Of a DNA stretch of 64,000 nt, positions 52,200 to 64,000 are shown one piece after another. A model generated the notes under the pieces. It ran no database searches. It saw only the letters and a list, made by a program, of their open reading frames with translations, and was not told the origin of the DNA. Position 1 is the stretch's first letter. Every line of letters begins with the position of its first letter. This DNA is from Vicugna vicugna (Eukaryota): positions 1,116,001 to 1,180,000 of the forward strand of contig MU057701.1 in the NCBI GenBank assembly GCA_013265495.1, read 5' to 3'. The translations under genes and the position numbers were made by a program.

Positions 52200-55100
52200 T
52201 CCTCGGTAGAACAAATGGGTGTAAGTGGTTAAAAGGTACAAACTTCCAGTTACAAACGTATTAAAATAAATAAGTATGGGGATGTAATGTACAGTATGGT
52301 GACTGTAATTAGTTAATACTGCAGTGGGAGTGCCCCGGGCGCTGAAGGCCTCTCAGACTCCTCCTCACGGAGGAGTCTAGCTCACGCCACCTATAGAGCA
52401 AGCCCCCTCATTACCCCCCCCCCACTCAGAGTAGTAGAGTGGCAGTGCTTCCCCCCAGGGGCTGGCCAGATTTGCATCATGATGAGAACCTGCTGTGCAT
52501 CCTGTTTTCAAGGTGTTTACAGAGGAATTTCTCCTCCCCTTATATAAAAGGTTTAAGGAAGGGAGATCAGCCAAGACGGCAGAAGAGAAAGACCCTGCCT
52601 GAGCTCACCTCCTCTCACGGGCACACCAAAGTCACAACTATCTGCAGAACAACCATTGATGAAAAAGCCCAGAACCTACTGAAAAAGATTTTCTACAACT
52701 AAAGACACAAGGAATCACAATGACGTGGGTACAAGGGGCAAACTCGCGATATCATCAAGTCCCACACCCCTGTGGGTGGCGACCCACAAACTGAAGAATA
52801 ATTACACTGCAGAGGTCCTCCGGAAAGAGTGAGAGGTCGGGCTCCCCAGCCTGGGGGCCTGCATCAGGAAGATGAGCCCCCAGAGCACCTGGCTTTGAAG
52901 GCCAGCAGGGCTTACTTCTGGGACTCCCAGAGGGCTGGAAGAAATAAGAGATTTCACTCTTAAAGGATGGAAACAAAATCTCACACATTCTGGGAAAGCA
53001 GCAAAGGAAAAGCAATAAATAACATACAAGGGAACTCCCAAAAGGTTTTCAGCAGAAACTCTGCAGGCCAGAAGGGAGTGGCATGACATACTTAAAGCGA
53101 TAAAAGGGGAAAATCTACAACCAGTAATATTCTACCCAGCAAGTTTCTCATTCAGATTTGATGGAGAGATCACAAGCTTTTACAGATAAGCAAAGCTAAA
53201 AGAATTCAGCACCACCAAACCAGCTTTACAAGAAATGTTAAAAGAAATTCTCTAAGCAAAAAAGAAAAGGCCACAACAAGAAACATGAAAATTACAATAT
53301 GAAGAAAGCTCATCAGTAAAGGCATCATACAGTAAAGGTAGGAAACCATCCACACACAAAGCTAGAAGGAAGGTTAAAAGACAAAAGCAGTGAGATCATC
53401 GATATCCACAATAAGTAGCTAAGGGATACACAAAACAATTTTATGTGAAATATGACGTCAAAAACAGTAATCATGAGGGGAGGACAGCACAAATGCAGGG
53501 TTGTTAAAATACATTTGAAAGAGATCAGCAACTTAAAAGAATCACATATATATAGACTGTTATATAAAAACCTTATGGCAACCACAAACGACAGATCTGT
53601 AATAGATACACACAGAAAAAAGAAAAAGAGATCCAAACATAACACTAGAAACAGCCATCAAATCACAAGAGAAAAGGGAAGGAAAAAAAAAACGTATGAA
53701 AACAACCCTAAAACAATGAACAAAATGGCAATAAGAACATACATATCAATAATTACCATAAATGTAAATGATCTAAATGCTCCAATCAAAAGACAGAGTG
53801 GCTATATGGGTATGAAGACAAAACCCATATATGTTGCCTACAAGAAATTCACTTTAGATCTAGGGACATACACAGATGGAAAGTGAAGGGATAGAAAAAG
53901 GTAGTCCATGCAAGTGGAAATCAAAAGAAAATCAGGGTAGCAATATTTACAGCAGACAAAAGAGACTTTAAAGACTGCTACAAGAGACAAAGAAGAACAT
54001 TATATAATGATCAAGAGATCAACCCCAAAAGAAAACATAATTATAAATACATACGCACCCAACACATGAACACTTAAAATAAATATTAACAGACATAAAG
54101 GGAGAAATTGACAGTACTCCAATAACAAACAGTAGGGGGCATTAACACCCCACTTACATCAATGGACAGATCATCCAGACAGAAAATCAATCAGTAACAC
54201 TGACCTTAAATGACACATTAGACCAGATGGGCTTAATAAATAAACAGAAAACATTCAAACCAAAAGCAGCAGAATACACATTCTTTTCAAGTGCACATGG
54301 AACATTTTCCAGGACAGATCACATGCTAGGGCCACAAAACAGCCTGGGTAAATTTATCAAGCATCTTTTCCCACAACAACGGTATGAGATTAGAAATCAA
54401 CTACAAGAAGAAAAATGCAGGATTTCCAGTCAAGATGGCGGAATAGTAGGACCATGAGCTCTCCTCACCTCACAACTGCAGCAAAGCCACAAATGACCAC
54501 TAAACAACAATCGGGGGAAAAAAAAGACGAACCTAGCAAAAAAGATCTTCTTCAACCGTAAAAATAAAGAGGGAACCACAGCAGGATGGTAGGAGGGATG
54601 TGCTTGTGATATAATAGGGCCCCATACCCCCGTGGTGGGCAACACACAAGCTGAAGAATGATTAAGTCACAGAGGCCCTCCCATAGGAATGAGAGTTCTG
54701 AGCCCCACATCAGGCTCCCCAGCCTGGGGCTCCGGCATTGGCAGGAGGAGGAGACCCCAAGACATCTGGGTTTGAAGGCCAGTGGAGCTTAACTCCAGGA
54801 GCCCCACAGGACTGGGGGAAACAGAGTCTTCACTCTCTTGGGAAGTGTACACAGACTCTCACGTGCGCTGGGTCCAAGGGCAGAGGCAGTTATTTCACAG
54901 GAACCTGGGCCAGGACCACCTGCTGGTTTTGGAGGATCTCCTGGGGAGGTAGGGGATGGCTGCAGCTCACCCAGAGGACATAAAACCTGGTGGCAGACAT
55001 TATGGGAGTGTTCATCTACATGAGCTTTTCTGGAGGCTGACACCATGACTGGATCTTTGGCACTAAGACCTAGCCCCACCCAATAGTGTGAAGGCTTAAG

Positions 55101-57305
55101 GGCTAACAAGCCTCAGGCCAAACAACAGACTGGGTGGGAACACAGCCCCACCCATCAGCAGACTTCCTGAGCCACAGATGCATCTACACATGGCCCTACC
55201 CACCAGACGTCCAGGACCAAGCTTCACCCAGCAGTGGGCAGGCACCAACTCCTCCTCCTGCCAGGAAACCTGCTTAAGCCTCTAGTCGAGCCTCATCTAC
55301 CAGGGGGGCAGATACTAGAAATAAGAAAACAATAATCCCAAAGCCTGTGGAAGGAATCCACAAACACGGGCCAGACTCTACACTGGGACCAGCTGGACCC
55401 TGACCCTTGGGTGACAAGAGAGGAGTGTACTTCTGGGACACATAGGACATCTCCCACAGAGGCCACTTCTCCAAGGTCAAGAAACATTACTAACCTACCT
55501 AAAAATACAAATAGAAAGATAGACAATATGAGCTGGCAGACGAGTATCTTCCAGGCCAAGGCACAAGATAAAATCCCAGAAGAAATAAGTGATGAGGAGG
55601 AAAATATAATTTGAAAAGACACATGCACCCCAGTGTTCACAGCAGCACTATTTACAATAGGCAAGACATAGAAACAACCCAAATGTCTATCAACAGATGA
55701 ACAGATAAGATGTAGGGGTGTGTGTGTGTGTGTGTATGTATATATATACACACAATGGAATATAACTCAGCCATAAGAGAGAGTGAAATAATGCCATTAG
55801 CAGCTACATGGATGGACCTAGAGATTATCATATTAAGTAAATTAAGACAGAGGAAGACAAATATCATATGATACCATTTATATGTGGAATCTTACATAAA
55901 AATACAAATTATATTTACAAACCAGAAACAGATTCACAGATACAGAAAACAAACTGCGGTTACCAAAGGGGGAAAGGGGCAGGAGAATAAATTAGGAGTT
56001 TGAGATTAATAGATACACATTACTATATATAAAATAGATAAACAACAGGGTCCTACTGTATAGCACAGGGAACTATGTTCAATTTCCCATAAGCTATAAT
56101 GGAAAGAATCTGAAAAAAATGTATATTGAATCACTAACACTGTAAATCAACTACACTTCAATAAAAAATAAAATTAAACAAACAACTCAATTAAAAAATG
56201 GGCAGAAGACCTGAATAGACATTTTCCCCAAGAAGATATACAGATGTCCAACAGGCACATGAACAGATGCTCAACATTGCTAATCATGAGAGAAATGAAA
56301 ATTAAAACCACAGTGAGATATTACCTCACACCTGTCAGAATGGCTATCATCAAAAAGAACACAAATAAATATTGGCAAGGATATGGAGAAAAGGGAACCC
56401 TTGTACACTGTTGGTGGGAATGTAAATTGGTGCAGCCACTGGAAAATAGTACAGTGGTTTTTCAAAAAACTAAAAGAACCACCATATGACCCAGCAATTA
56501 CACTCCTGCTACATACATATCCAAAAAAAATGAGAACACTAATTGAAAAGATAAATGCACCCCAATGTTCATAGCAGCATTATTTACAATTGCCAAAATA
56601 TGGAAATCACCTAAGCGTCCATCAACAGATGAATGGATAAAGATGTATATGTATATACATATATAATGGAATACTACTCAGCCATAAAAAGAATGAAAAT
56701 ATTGCCATCTGCAACATGATGGACTTGAAGAGTTATTATGGTTAGTGAAGTAAGTCAGAGAAAGACAAATACTGTATGGTATCACTTATATGTGGAATCT
56801 AAAAAATAAAACACACTAGTGAATATAACAAAAAGGAAACAGACTCACAGATACACAGAACAAAATAGTGGTTAACAGCAGGGAGAGAAGCAAAAAAACA
56901 AAAAAACAGTAGGGAGAGGGGCAAGACAGGTATAGGGGGATAAGGGGTACAAACAATTATGTAGAAAATAAATAAGCTATGAAGACATATTACATAGCAC
57001 AGGTAATACAGCCAGTATCTATAATAACTATAAAGGAGTGTAACCTACAACTTATATAATACTGTACATCAACTATAGCTCAATAAAAAAATTTTTAAGA
57101 AAAAATACTGTATTGTATATTTGAAAGTTACTAAGACAGTACATTTTAAAAGTTCTCATCAGAAGAAAAAAATTTCTTTGTGATGACAGATGTTAATGAG
57201 ACATATTGTGGTGATCTTTTCACAATACATATCAATATAAAATCATTGTATCATACACCTGTAAAACTAATACAATACTATATGTTACCTATATTACAGT
57301 AAAAA
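52200..57305 (+). mobile_element. Composite L1 cluster: an old L1M 3' end interrupted by ~4.8 kb of younger, internally deleted L1s
   Basis: old element breaks at aatactg (~52321) and resumes at aatactg (~57105); two L1 5' starts (caagacggc ~52572, caagatggcg ~54431); ORF2 EN start MAIRTYISIITINVNDLNAPIKR (~53726); two 3' ends with poly(A) (~56170, ~57090). Confidence 0.88.
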
Positions 57306-58039
57306 AGAAAGATTTATAATCCTGGAATTAAAGCCTAAATGAAATGTCTATAAATGTGTATGATGACACTTATCTGATGACTTAAATTCAACTATAAAAG
57401 GAAGTTACCATAGAACATCAAACCCAAACACCTTAGCCTAGCTTTACTCTCAACTTTTCCTCCTTTGCTTTAATTGCATTACAATCTGAATAGTTAAAAT
57501 CTGAAAACAACTAATTCACTTTTTACAGGTGGAACCTCTGTACATGGCACTTGCTATCACAGAACACCATTTTTAAAATCCCCATTCCCTTCCATCTGAC
57601 TCTCTGCCTTCAAGAAACATTCCTGCATTACCTACAGTCTGGTCATTCCACTACTTCGCCCATCCCTGTGGCAAGTTCATGTCTTTGGTCAACTCTCTGA
57701 ACTTCCAGACTTAGGTTCAAACGTAATTCTTTGGAATGGAGTGTCTATTTCTTGGAATCAGAGTATTAATGCTGAAAGGGATTTCAGAGTTGGTTTAATT
57801 GAACTCTTTAAATTCATACTTGAAGAAACAGGAGTTCAGAAAAGGATCATATCCAAAGTCACACAGCCAGTAGCAGGGTCTTGATGACAGTGTTGCCCAC
57901 CTGATTGGCAAAATTTAATGTACTTCATTCTACTCTAGCATTCTTGTTCAAACATTCAAAAAAATACTTACTGTGGGCCTGATGTTTTGCTAATTTCAAT
58001 TATGATGAATAAGAAAATTCAGCTGAATAATTTTATCAT

Positions 58040-58190
58040 ATATTTCGTTATTTGTCTTGTTTATTGACTGTCTCCACAGCTAGAATGTAAGCTCTATGAC
58101 AGAAGGGATTTGTGTCTGTTTTGTTTACCACCGTATCACCACTGACTGGCATAGGGAAGACACTAAGTAAGTATTTGCTGAACCAATATG
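58040..58190. mobile_element. L2 3' fragment
   Basis: ctagaatgtaagctctatga...gtctgttttgtttaccac...tggcatag...tatttgctgaa. Confidence 0.75.
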
Positions 58191-59065
58191 AGGTGGCTAC
58201 TGTCCCTGGAACTCACAGTTTACATAATAGACAAACTCAAAGTTACTGTGCAATGTGAGAATGATGGTACTGAAATAAGGTGAAAAGGCCACACTATATG
58301 AATACAGAGACTCAGAAGCCGGGCTATGTATAGAGGGGATTTTCCAAGAACAGAAAGAAAGAGAATCCCAACAAAAGAAACAACAAGAAGACAAGAGAAA
58401 AGCAAGGCAATCAAGGTGGGAAGAGCAGGGAGTGCGACTGGTTGGAGTAGGGAAAGGTGAGAGGCTCAAAACGGGCCTGAAAGATATTCAGGCTTATTGT
58501 GCATAAGCAGGAGACTGGGATATGGCCTGAAGCCTGGAAGGAAAACTGCCACTGGATGTACAGACTCGGCTGAAACCATAAAAAAAGTGAGTCACCCAGC
58601 TCAGGGAACTGCACTTCAGGGGTATCCTGAGTATAATCAGGCTGTTAAGCTGCATCCAGAATTTTCTTCCCAAAGTATCAAGTCCTGCATGTTACATGAC
58701 AAATTTGCATCCACCTATTTGCCCATGTGCCTGGGCCTCCACTTGACTCACTTTGGACAATTGTTCCTATTTAGTAGGTAATAGTGGTATTGTAGAACTT
58801 CAACTCTGATGTCCAGTTAGGACCCTTTCTTCTCAACTTTAAACACTCCTACCAATATATGTACATACATGCATGACTGGGATGTTGTGCTGTATACCAG
58901 AAACTGACACATTATAACTGACTGTACTTCAATAAAAAAAATAAAGAAGAATATGAAAACAAAACAAACAAATGAAAACTTTAAACACGCCTAAGTATAA
59001 CTATTTACATTTTCATAGCTGTACACTGAGTAACAATAAATGATATTTAAAGTTTAATTACTCAC

Positions 59066-59181
59066 CATTACTTCTTAGAGAAAACGTGTGTGCTGTGTCT
59101 CCAAGTCTAATTATTTCACCAGCAGATTCTGCTTCATCTCCATCCCAAGAAGGGCCCAAGGCTTCAGAGGACAAGGAGCAC
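59066..59181 (-). CDS. CEP95: CEP95 coding exon (~exon 6)
   Basis: ttcag|G TGC TCC...AAT G|gtgag, 116 nt; [38 protein letters not shown]. Confidence 0.94.
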
Positions 59182-60591
59182 CTGAAAGAGTTCCCTCACT
59201 TACTCAGGGCCTGGCCTGACCACAGACGGCCCTTTCTGTGAGGACCCCGAGAGCAGCTTTAAGCAGCCTGCCTGTGGGTATTCAGAGTGCTCACTGCTGT
59301 GTGCAGAAAAGAGACTTTCCCTTCTGCTGCTTATCACCTTGTTGCTGTTTATCTGTTTTGTTCTGACTGACATATGTACGGTGGAAAAAGCTGTGTATAA
59401 AGTGTCAAAAATTAAATGTATACGAGAATACACACAGAGAACAACAAACACTGGTTACTTTAAGAGTGTGGAAGTGAAGGGAACTGAGTAGGGTATTAAT
59501 TCATTAAATATCCCTGTAGTTTCATTTTTGCACTTTTTAAAAAATCTAATAATGAAAAATAAAGACAATTCATCTTACGATGGTCTCCCTTTAAGACACA
59601 CTTTCCACAATGTACTATTTCTAAACAAGGCTTCACCTGTGCTTTTCAAACCACGACAAACTCCATTAAAAAACTGATAATCAGATATTTAAAAGAAAGT
59701 CATAGCATCATGTTCAACCTCTGCTTATCAGAAATACAATCAAACCTCTAAGGACACTTTATTTTGCCTATGAAAGTAGCACAAATTTTATAACTCTGAT
59801 ATTGGTCATTGATACTGGTTCATGAGGGCACAGTAACCTAGCACTTTTATACCGCTGGTGGGTGTATAAATAGTCACAGCCTTTTTGGAAAGCAATTTGG
59901 TGACTTTTAATAGCCTTATAATATTCAAGTCTTTGAATGTAACTTAAAGATATGGGTGGGAGGAGGGTGGAGAAAGAACAAAGGTATGTACCACATTAAA
60001 AAAATAATATAAAAACACAAAAACACCTACAGGAGTGGTTTAGTAAACTATAACGCACCCATATGAATGGTATGTTATACAGGGATTAAAAATGATTTCA
60101 GAGTTTATCAACTTAGGGAAACGGTTTGTGTGTTAAATTTTTAAATGCAAGAAATAAAATTATATAAACAGTATGATTAAATCCAAAAAAGAAAAACACA
60201 GTAAAAAGACTAAAGGACAACAAAATGTTAACAAGCAGCTATTTACTTCTGAATGAGAGTTCATCTTTTCTTTTCTTTTTTTTTTTGCTTCTTTTTTACT
60301 TCTCTGCACTTTCCAAGTTTTCTGCAAGGAACATAAACTACTTTGATGATCAAGGGAAAAATTTTAAATTAAGTAGGCGGTTAGTGCTGAGAATGAAGTA
60401 TTATACACAGCTCGAGGGTCTTAAAACCCCCTTAGGGAGGTCTAAAATACGAGAAGTTAGTAAAATTTTCACATTAGCTTTGTTTTTTGTTTTGTTTTGC
60501 TGTCATTCTGATACATGGTGTGCAATTTTAATTCTTAGTAGAAGGAAAAGCATAACTTGTTTTGATTAAATTCATTGACATTGAGTGCTAC

Positions 60592-60697
60592 CTCTCAAAA
60601 GAAACTCTTTTCCATGATGATCTGGATTCTTTAGTACTTTCTGGCTCTTCCAAAGGTTCTCCTTGATAGGTTTCTTTAAAACTCTGTCCAGTTTCAC
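60592..60697 (-). CDS. CEP95: CEP95 coding exon (~exon 5)
   Basis: aacag|GT GAA ACT...GAG AG|gtagc, 106 nt; (S)[34 protein letters not shown]. Confidence 0.91.
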
Positions 60698-63384
60698 CTG
60701 TTCAGAACAGATTAAAAACAACACAAAGGAAACCTCAAGTTAATGCAACTGTTTCTCTACAGGGGGTGGCCAGAGGGAAGGACAGTAAAGTACCCTCAAC
60801 CTTTTCCTGGTAAACTGGGCTCTTGTGAAAGTAAAATTAAGAACCAAATCATTACCTGCAATGAGCATGTACTAGCTGGATAACAAAGAAGCAACATAAG
60901 TATTGCTTTAAAAGCAGCGTCTACAGTTGTATTAGTAGTGTTTTATTTTTTTAAGCTAGGTGATAGGTTCATTTATTACTTTTTAAACCTCTTTACCTGT
61001 AAGGGATGTTTGAGGCAAGATGACTAGGGCGTGGCTTAGAAAAACATGACTGTGTTAGCCTACCTCAAGCTCCAAGACAATCTTGCCCTAGCCTCAGAGT
61101 GAGACCACATCAAGACGTGGATGAAATTTTCCTTAAGACTATCACTCTACTTTCTACCCTAATATACTTGAGAAATACACTTTCACAGCGTCTGTAATGC
61201 ACTAGGGGAGTGATATGTGGGTGAAACCTCCTACAATTCAGATCGATCCACTGGATTTCCATCCCACTTCTAGGGATTTCCTGTTTAAGCATCCACCTTC
61301 ACTTTTTTCTATTTCTATATTCACCAAGCAATATTTTAACATTAATCAATATTCACTGTGTATTTACTCTGGGCTAGGCTCAGTACTAAACTATTTATAT
61401 GTATCTACTTACTCAACCTTCATTACAACCGTGAGAAAATTTCAGAGGAGAAAACTGAGGCTTAGAGAGCTTCAGCCATACAGTGAGGGACAAAACTCGG
61501 TTACACAGTGAGGGGCAGCAACTGGCCCACAGTCGGCCTTCTAATCCCTTGCTCTTAAGTGGTAAATGATAATGCTAGCTCAGGTACCAGGAAGAAACTG
61601 CATACCTGACATGACTAGTGGTAATAAAGATTTATTTCCCATTACTAACTGGCATTTTGAAGATTCTGGTCAACTCTAGGTAAATACTGCTATAGAAACC
61701 TGGACCTGCAAAGGTGAATATCAGATTTTAGAAAACATTATCCACTATGGTACTACCACATAGGGAGCCCCCATCTGGGCAACTCCCTACAAGCAGCACT
61801 AAGCTTAGCACATACTACTGACCTCCCCCTGCGAAGGTCCCCTCCCTGAGCATTTCATCATCCCCAGCTCACTTGTAAATACCTCTCAGGTCTGTCCTCC
61901 TCCCTCCATTTCCATTGCCCATCATCCCTCCCTACCTGAGGTCAACCACTACACTGTAAAAACCGCCTCTGTCATTAGAGCACTTCAAATTAATCTCTTA
62001 CAGGTGGTTTTCTTCCTCCTACTCTTGGCTGCTAAAATGATTAAAAAGTCACAGCGCATCGAAATATCTACTGGAAGCCTTGAATTAGGTGAGTTTTACA
62101 TGTCATTCCCCGCCCTCCTTTTCCTACAATGTTTTTATTCTATTTACTTATGGCAGTCTCCCTGACTTGAGTTTAGATTCCTTTAAGAGCCATAAACATG
62201 GCATGCAGCTTTGACTCTTCCCAGAGTACCTATGTTGGTATTTAATATATATTAAACACTCAAAACTCAAAAAGTTTTTGAAACAGAAAAAGAAATATCC
62301 AGTGTGGCAAGCCTTTCAATCTTTCCTTCCAGGACTTACCTCTGTAAGCTTTTAAATCTTTTCAGCAACAAAGATAAAAGTTAGAAAACTATCTCTGACT
62401 AAAAAGTTTAAGATTAATTTCAGACATTATAATCACAGCATAGATCTCACCATCAACAATACAAGAATTAGGAATGACAAGCCTAGCCCAATTTTTTTTT
62501 TGTCTTCATTTGTATTAGAATTTATATTAACTGCTATTGCTACTGAAAACTTGTTTTGGATAATTTTACAATAATAGCAAACCAATTCTCAAATGGGTCA
62601 TATATTATTCCAACCATGATATACAGTGTTATTTACCTGACCAATCAAAAATTAAGACATATAGGATTTTTAAAATTTTTGCAATACGATAAATAGCATT
62701 GCATGAAGACCTTCAAGCATCTAACTTTTTTTGGTATTACTTCCTTTGAACAAATCCCTAGAAATTGGATTAATGGAGCCAAAGATTATGAATAGCTCTG
62801 ATACACTGCTGATCCAGTTTAAATACCACAACTCTTTTGGAAAATAATACGGCCATAATAATCGTTAAATTATCATAAAAAACATAAACTCAAAATTTCA
62901 CACAATAAACTATTACAACCTGGGGAACTGAGTTACTTAAGGAGTAAAATAAAAAATATCCAGGATGTCACAAACCTAAGTGTAGGCTGAAGACAGAAAC
63001 AAACCAACTCTTCTTGCTGATGCCTCTGTACTATTCAAATTTGTAACAGAAATGGCAGTTCTAATATAGGAAATTCTGAAGTAAGTAATTTCATGTAATA
63101 GGACAACAAGCAATTTTAGCCAGAATTTAGCTTTCTATTATAGATTAGCTTTAAAGTAATTTACAAGCAACTTCCAAATTGACATAGGACATGATGACAG
63201 TCTAGGAGAGAGTTTTCAAGCACATGGAACATGGAGAACTGAAATTTACTTTACAATAAAATGTATTAGATATACTGTATTAGTGATGCTAATTCTTATG
63301 AATAAAAATAGTCAAAAGGATAAAAGGCAAAAAGGGACATAACATAGACTATAAACCAAACCAAATTTTTATTCTTAAACTTAC

Positions 63385-63495
63385 TTTTCTCGTGAGATGT
63401 TTCACTGATGTGTTCTGTAAGATACTCCAGCAACCCATCAAATATTTCTAGAAGATTCTTAATAGATTCTTTATCTCCTTTCACTATATTTTCTC
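63385..63495 (-). CDS. CEP95: CEP95 coding exon (~exon 4); earlier exons lie outside the window
   Basis: ttcag|GA GAA AAT...AAA A|gtaag, 111 nt; (G)[36 protein letters not shown]. Confidence 0.95.
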
Positions 63496-64000
63496 CTGAA
63501 CACAGAATACAGAGCTATTAAAAAAATTAACCAAGAAATTGAAAGCCTCATGTTTTTGAAATGGATATAGCACTGTGAAAATATTGTTCAAAATACGATG
63601 ATTATAAACTAATCCAGGAGAAACAATGATATTATAAATATTAAAAACATTATTGATTATTTGAAGCTTAATTATATCTGAAGAAACAAAGGGGATAATC
63701 TTGAATAGTATGTTTGATAATTCACTGGCATAGTCCTTCACCTCTCAAGAAGCAAAATATGTGGCCTTAAGAAAAGATTCTCTAAGATCTATACCAAAAT
63801 ACAAAGCAACTAAGCACAACTTTATTAGGCTGGTTAAAAAAAAAACAAAAAACTGCAGTTGGGAACACAGTTTCAGATTACGGGATCCTACTTCTAGACA
63901 GTGGTTTGACCTGAAGACAACAGCAGTAGAGAAATACAAAACAAAACCAAAAACCTTGCTGGGGTACTTTCATCCACAATTCCTAATTTTTTTAATTTGT

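Noticed and set aside
53452..53886. 144-aa ORF with an endonuclease-like N-terminal motif
   Set aside because: Decayed L1 inter-ORF region and ORF2 start, frameshifted soon after the motif.
59204..59296. Possible extra CEP95 exon (cag|...CTGA|gtaagt) just upstream of exon ~6
   Set aside because: The donor is only ~22 nt from the exon ~6 acceptor. It is not frame-compatible as a mutually exclusive exon, and read-through hits a TAA.

Overview
This is mammalian genomic DNA, most likely from a camelid, because it carries several tRNA-Ala-derived SINEs that match the Vic-1 type. Two spliced genes converge tail to tail. On the + strand is the 3' part of SMURF2 (HECT E3 ligase): 12 coding exons from 716 to the TGA at 25929, then a 3'UTR with proximal (~26380) and distal (29103) poly(A) signals. 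On the - strand are 17 coding exons of CEP95 (63495 down to the TGA at 34981). I joined both exon chains by hand and both stay in frame. Exon numbers follow the human genes as I remember them. The rest is introns and intergenic DNA with L1, MLT1/MER21-like LTRs, MIR, L2 and MER5; repeat family names are pattern recognition, not database hits. Most entries in the ORF track are spurious. I see no new multi-gene system. The best leads are: a candidate in-frame 18-nt SRRM3/4-type microexon in CEP95 (62340-62357), a GC-AG intron, a strand-specific pre-miRNA-like hairpin in a SMURF2 intron, a composite L1 insertion with an orphan 5' leader, a MAZ-type G5AG5 element behind the SMURF2 poly(A) site, and a 196-bp tandem duplication that may be an assembly artefact.
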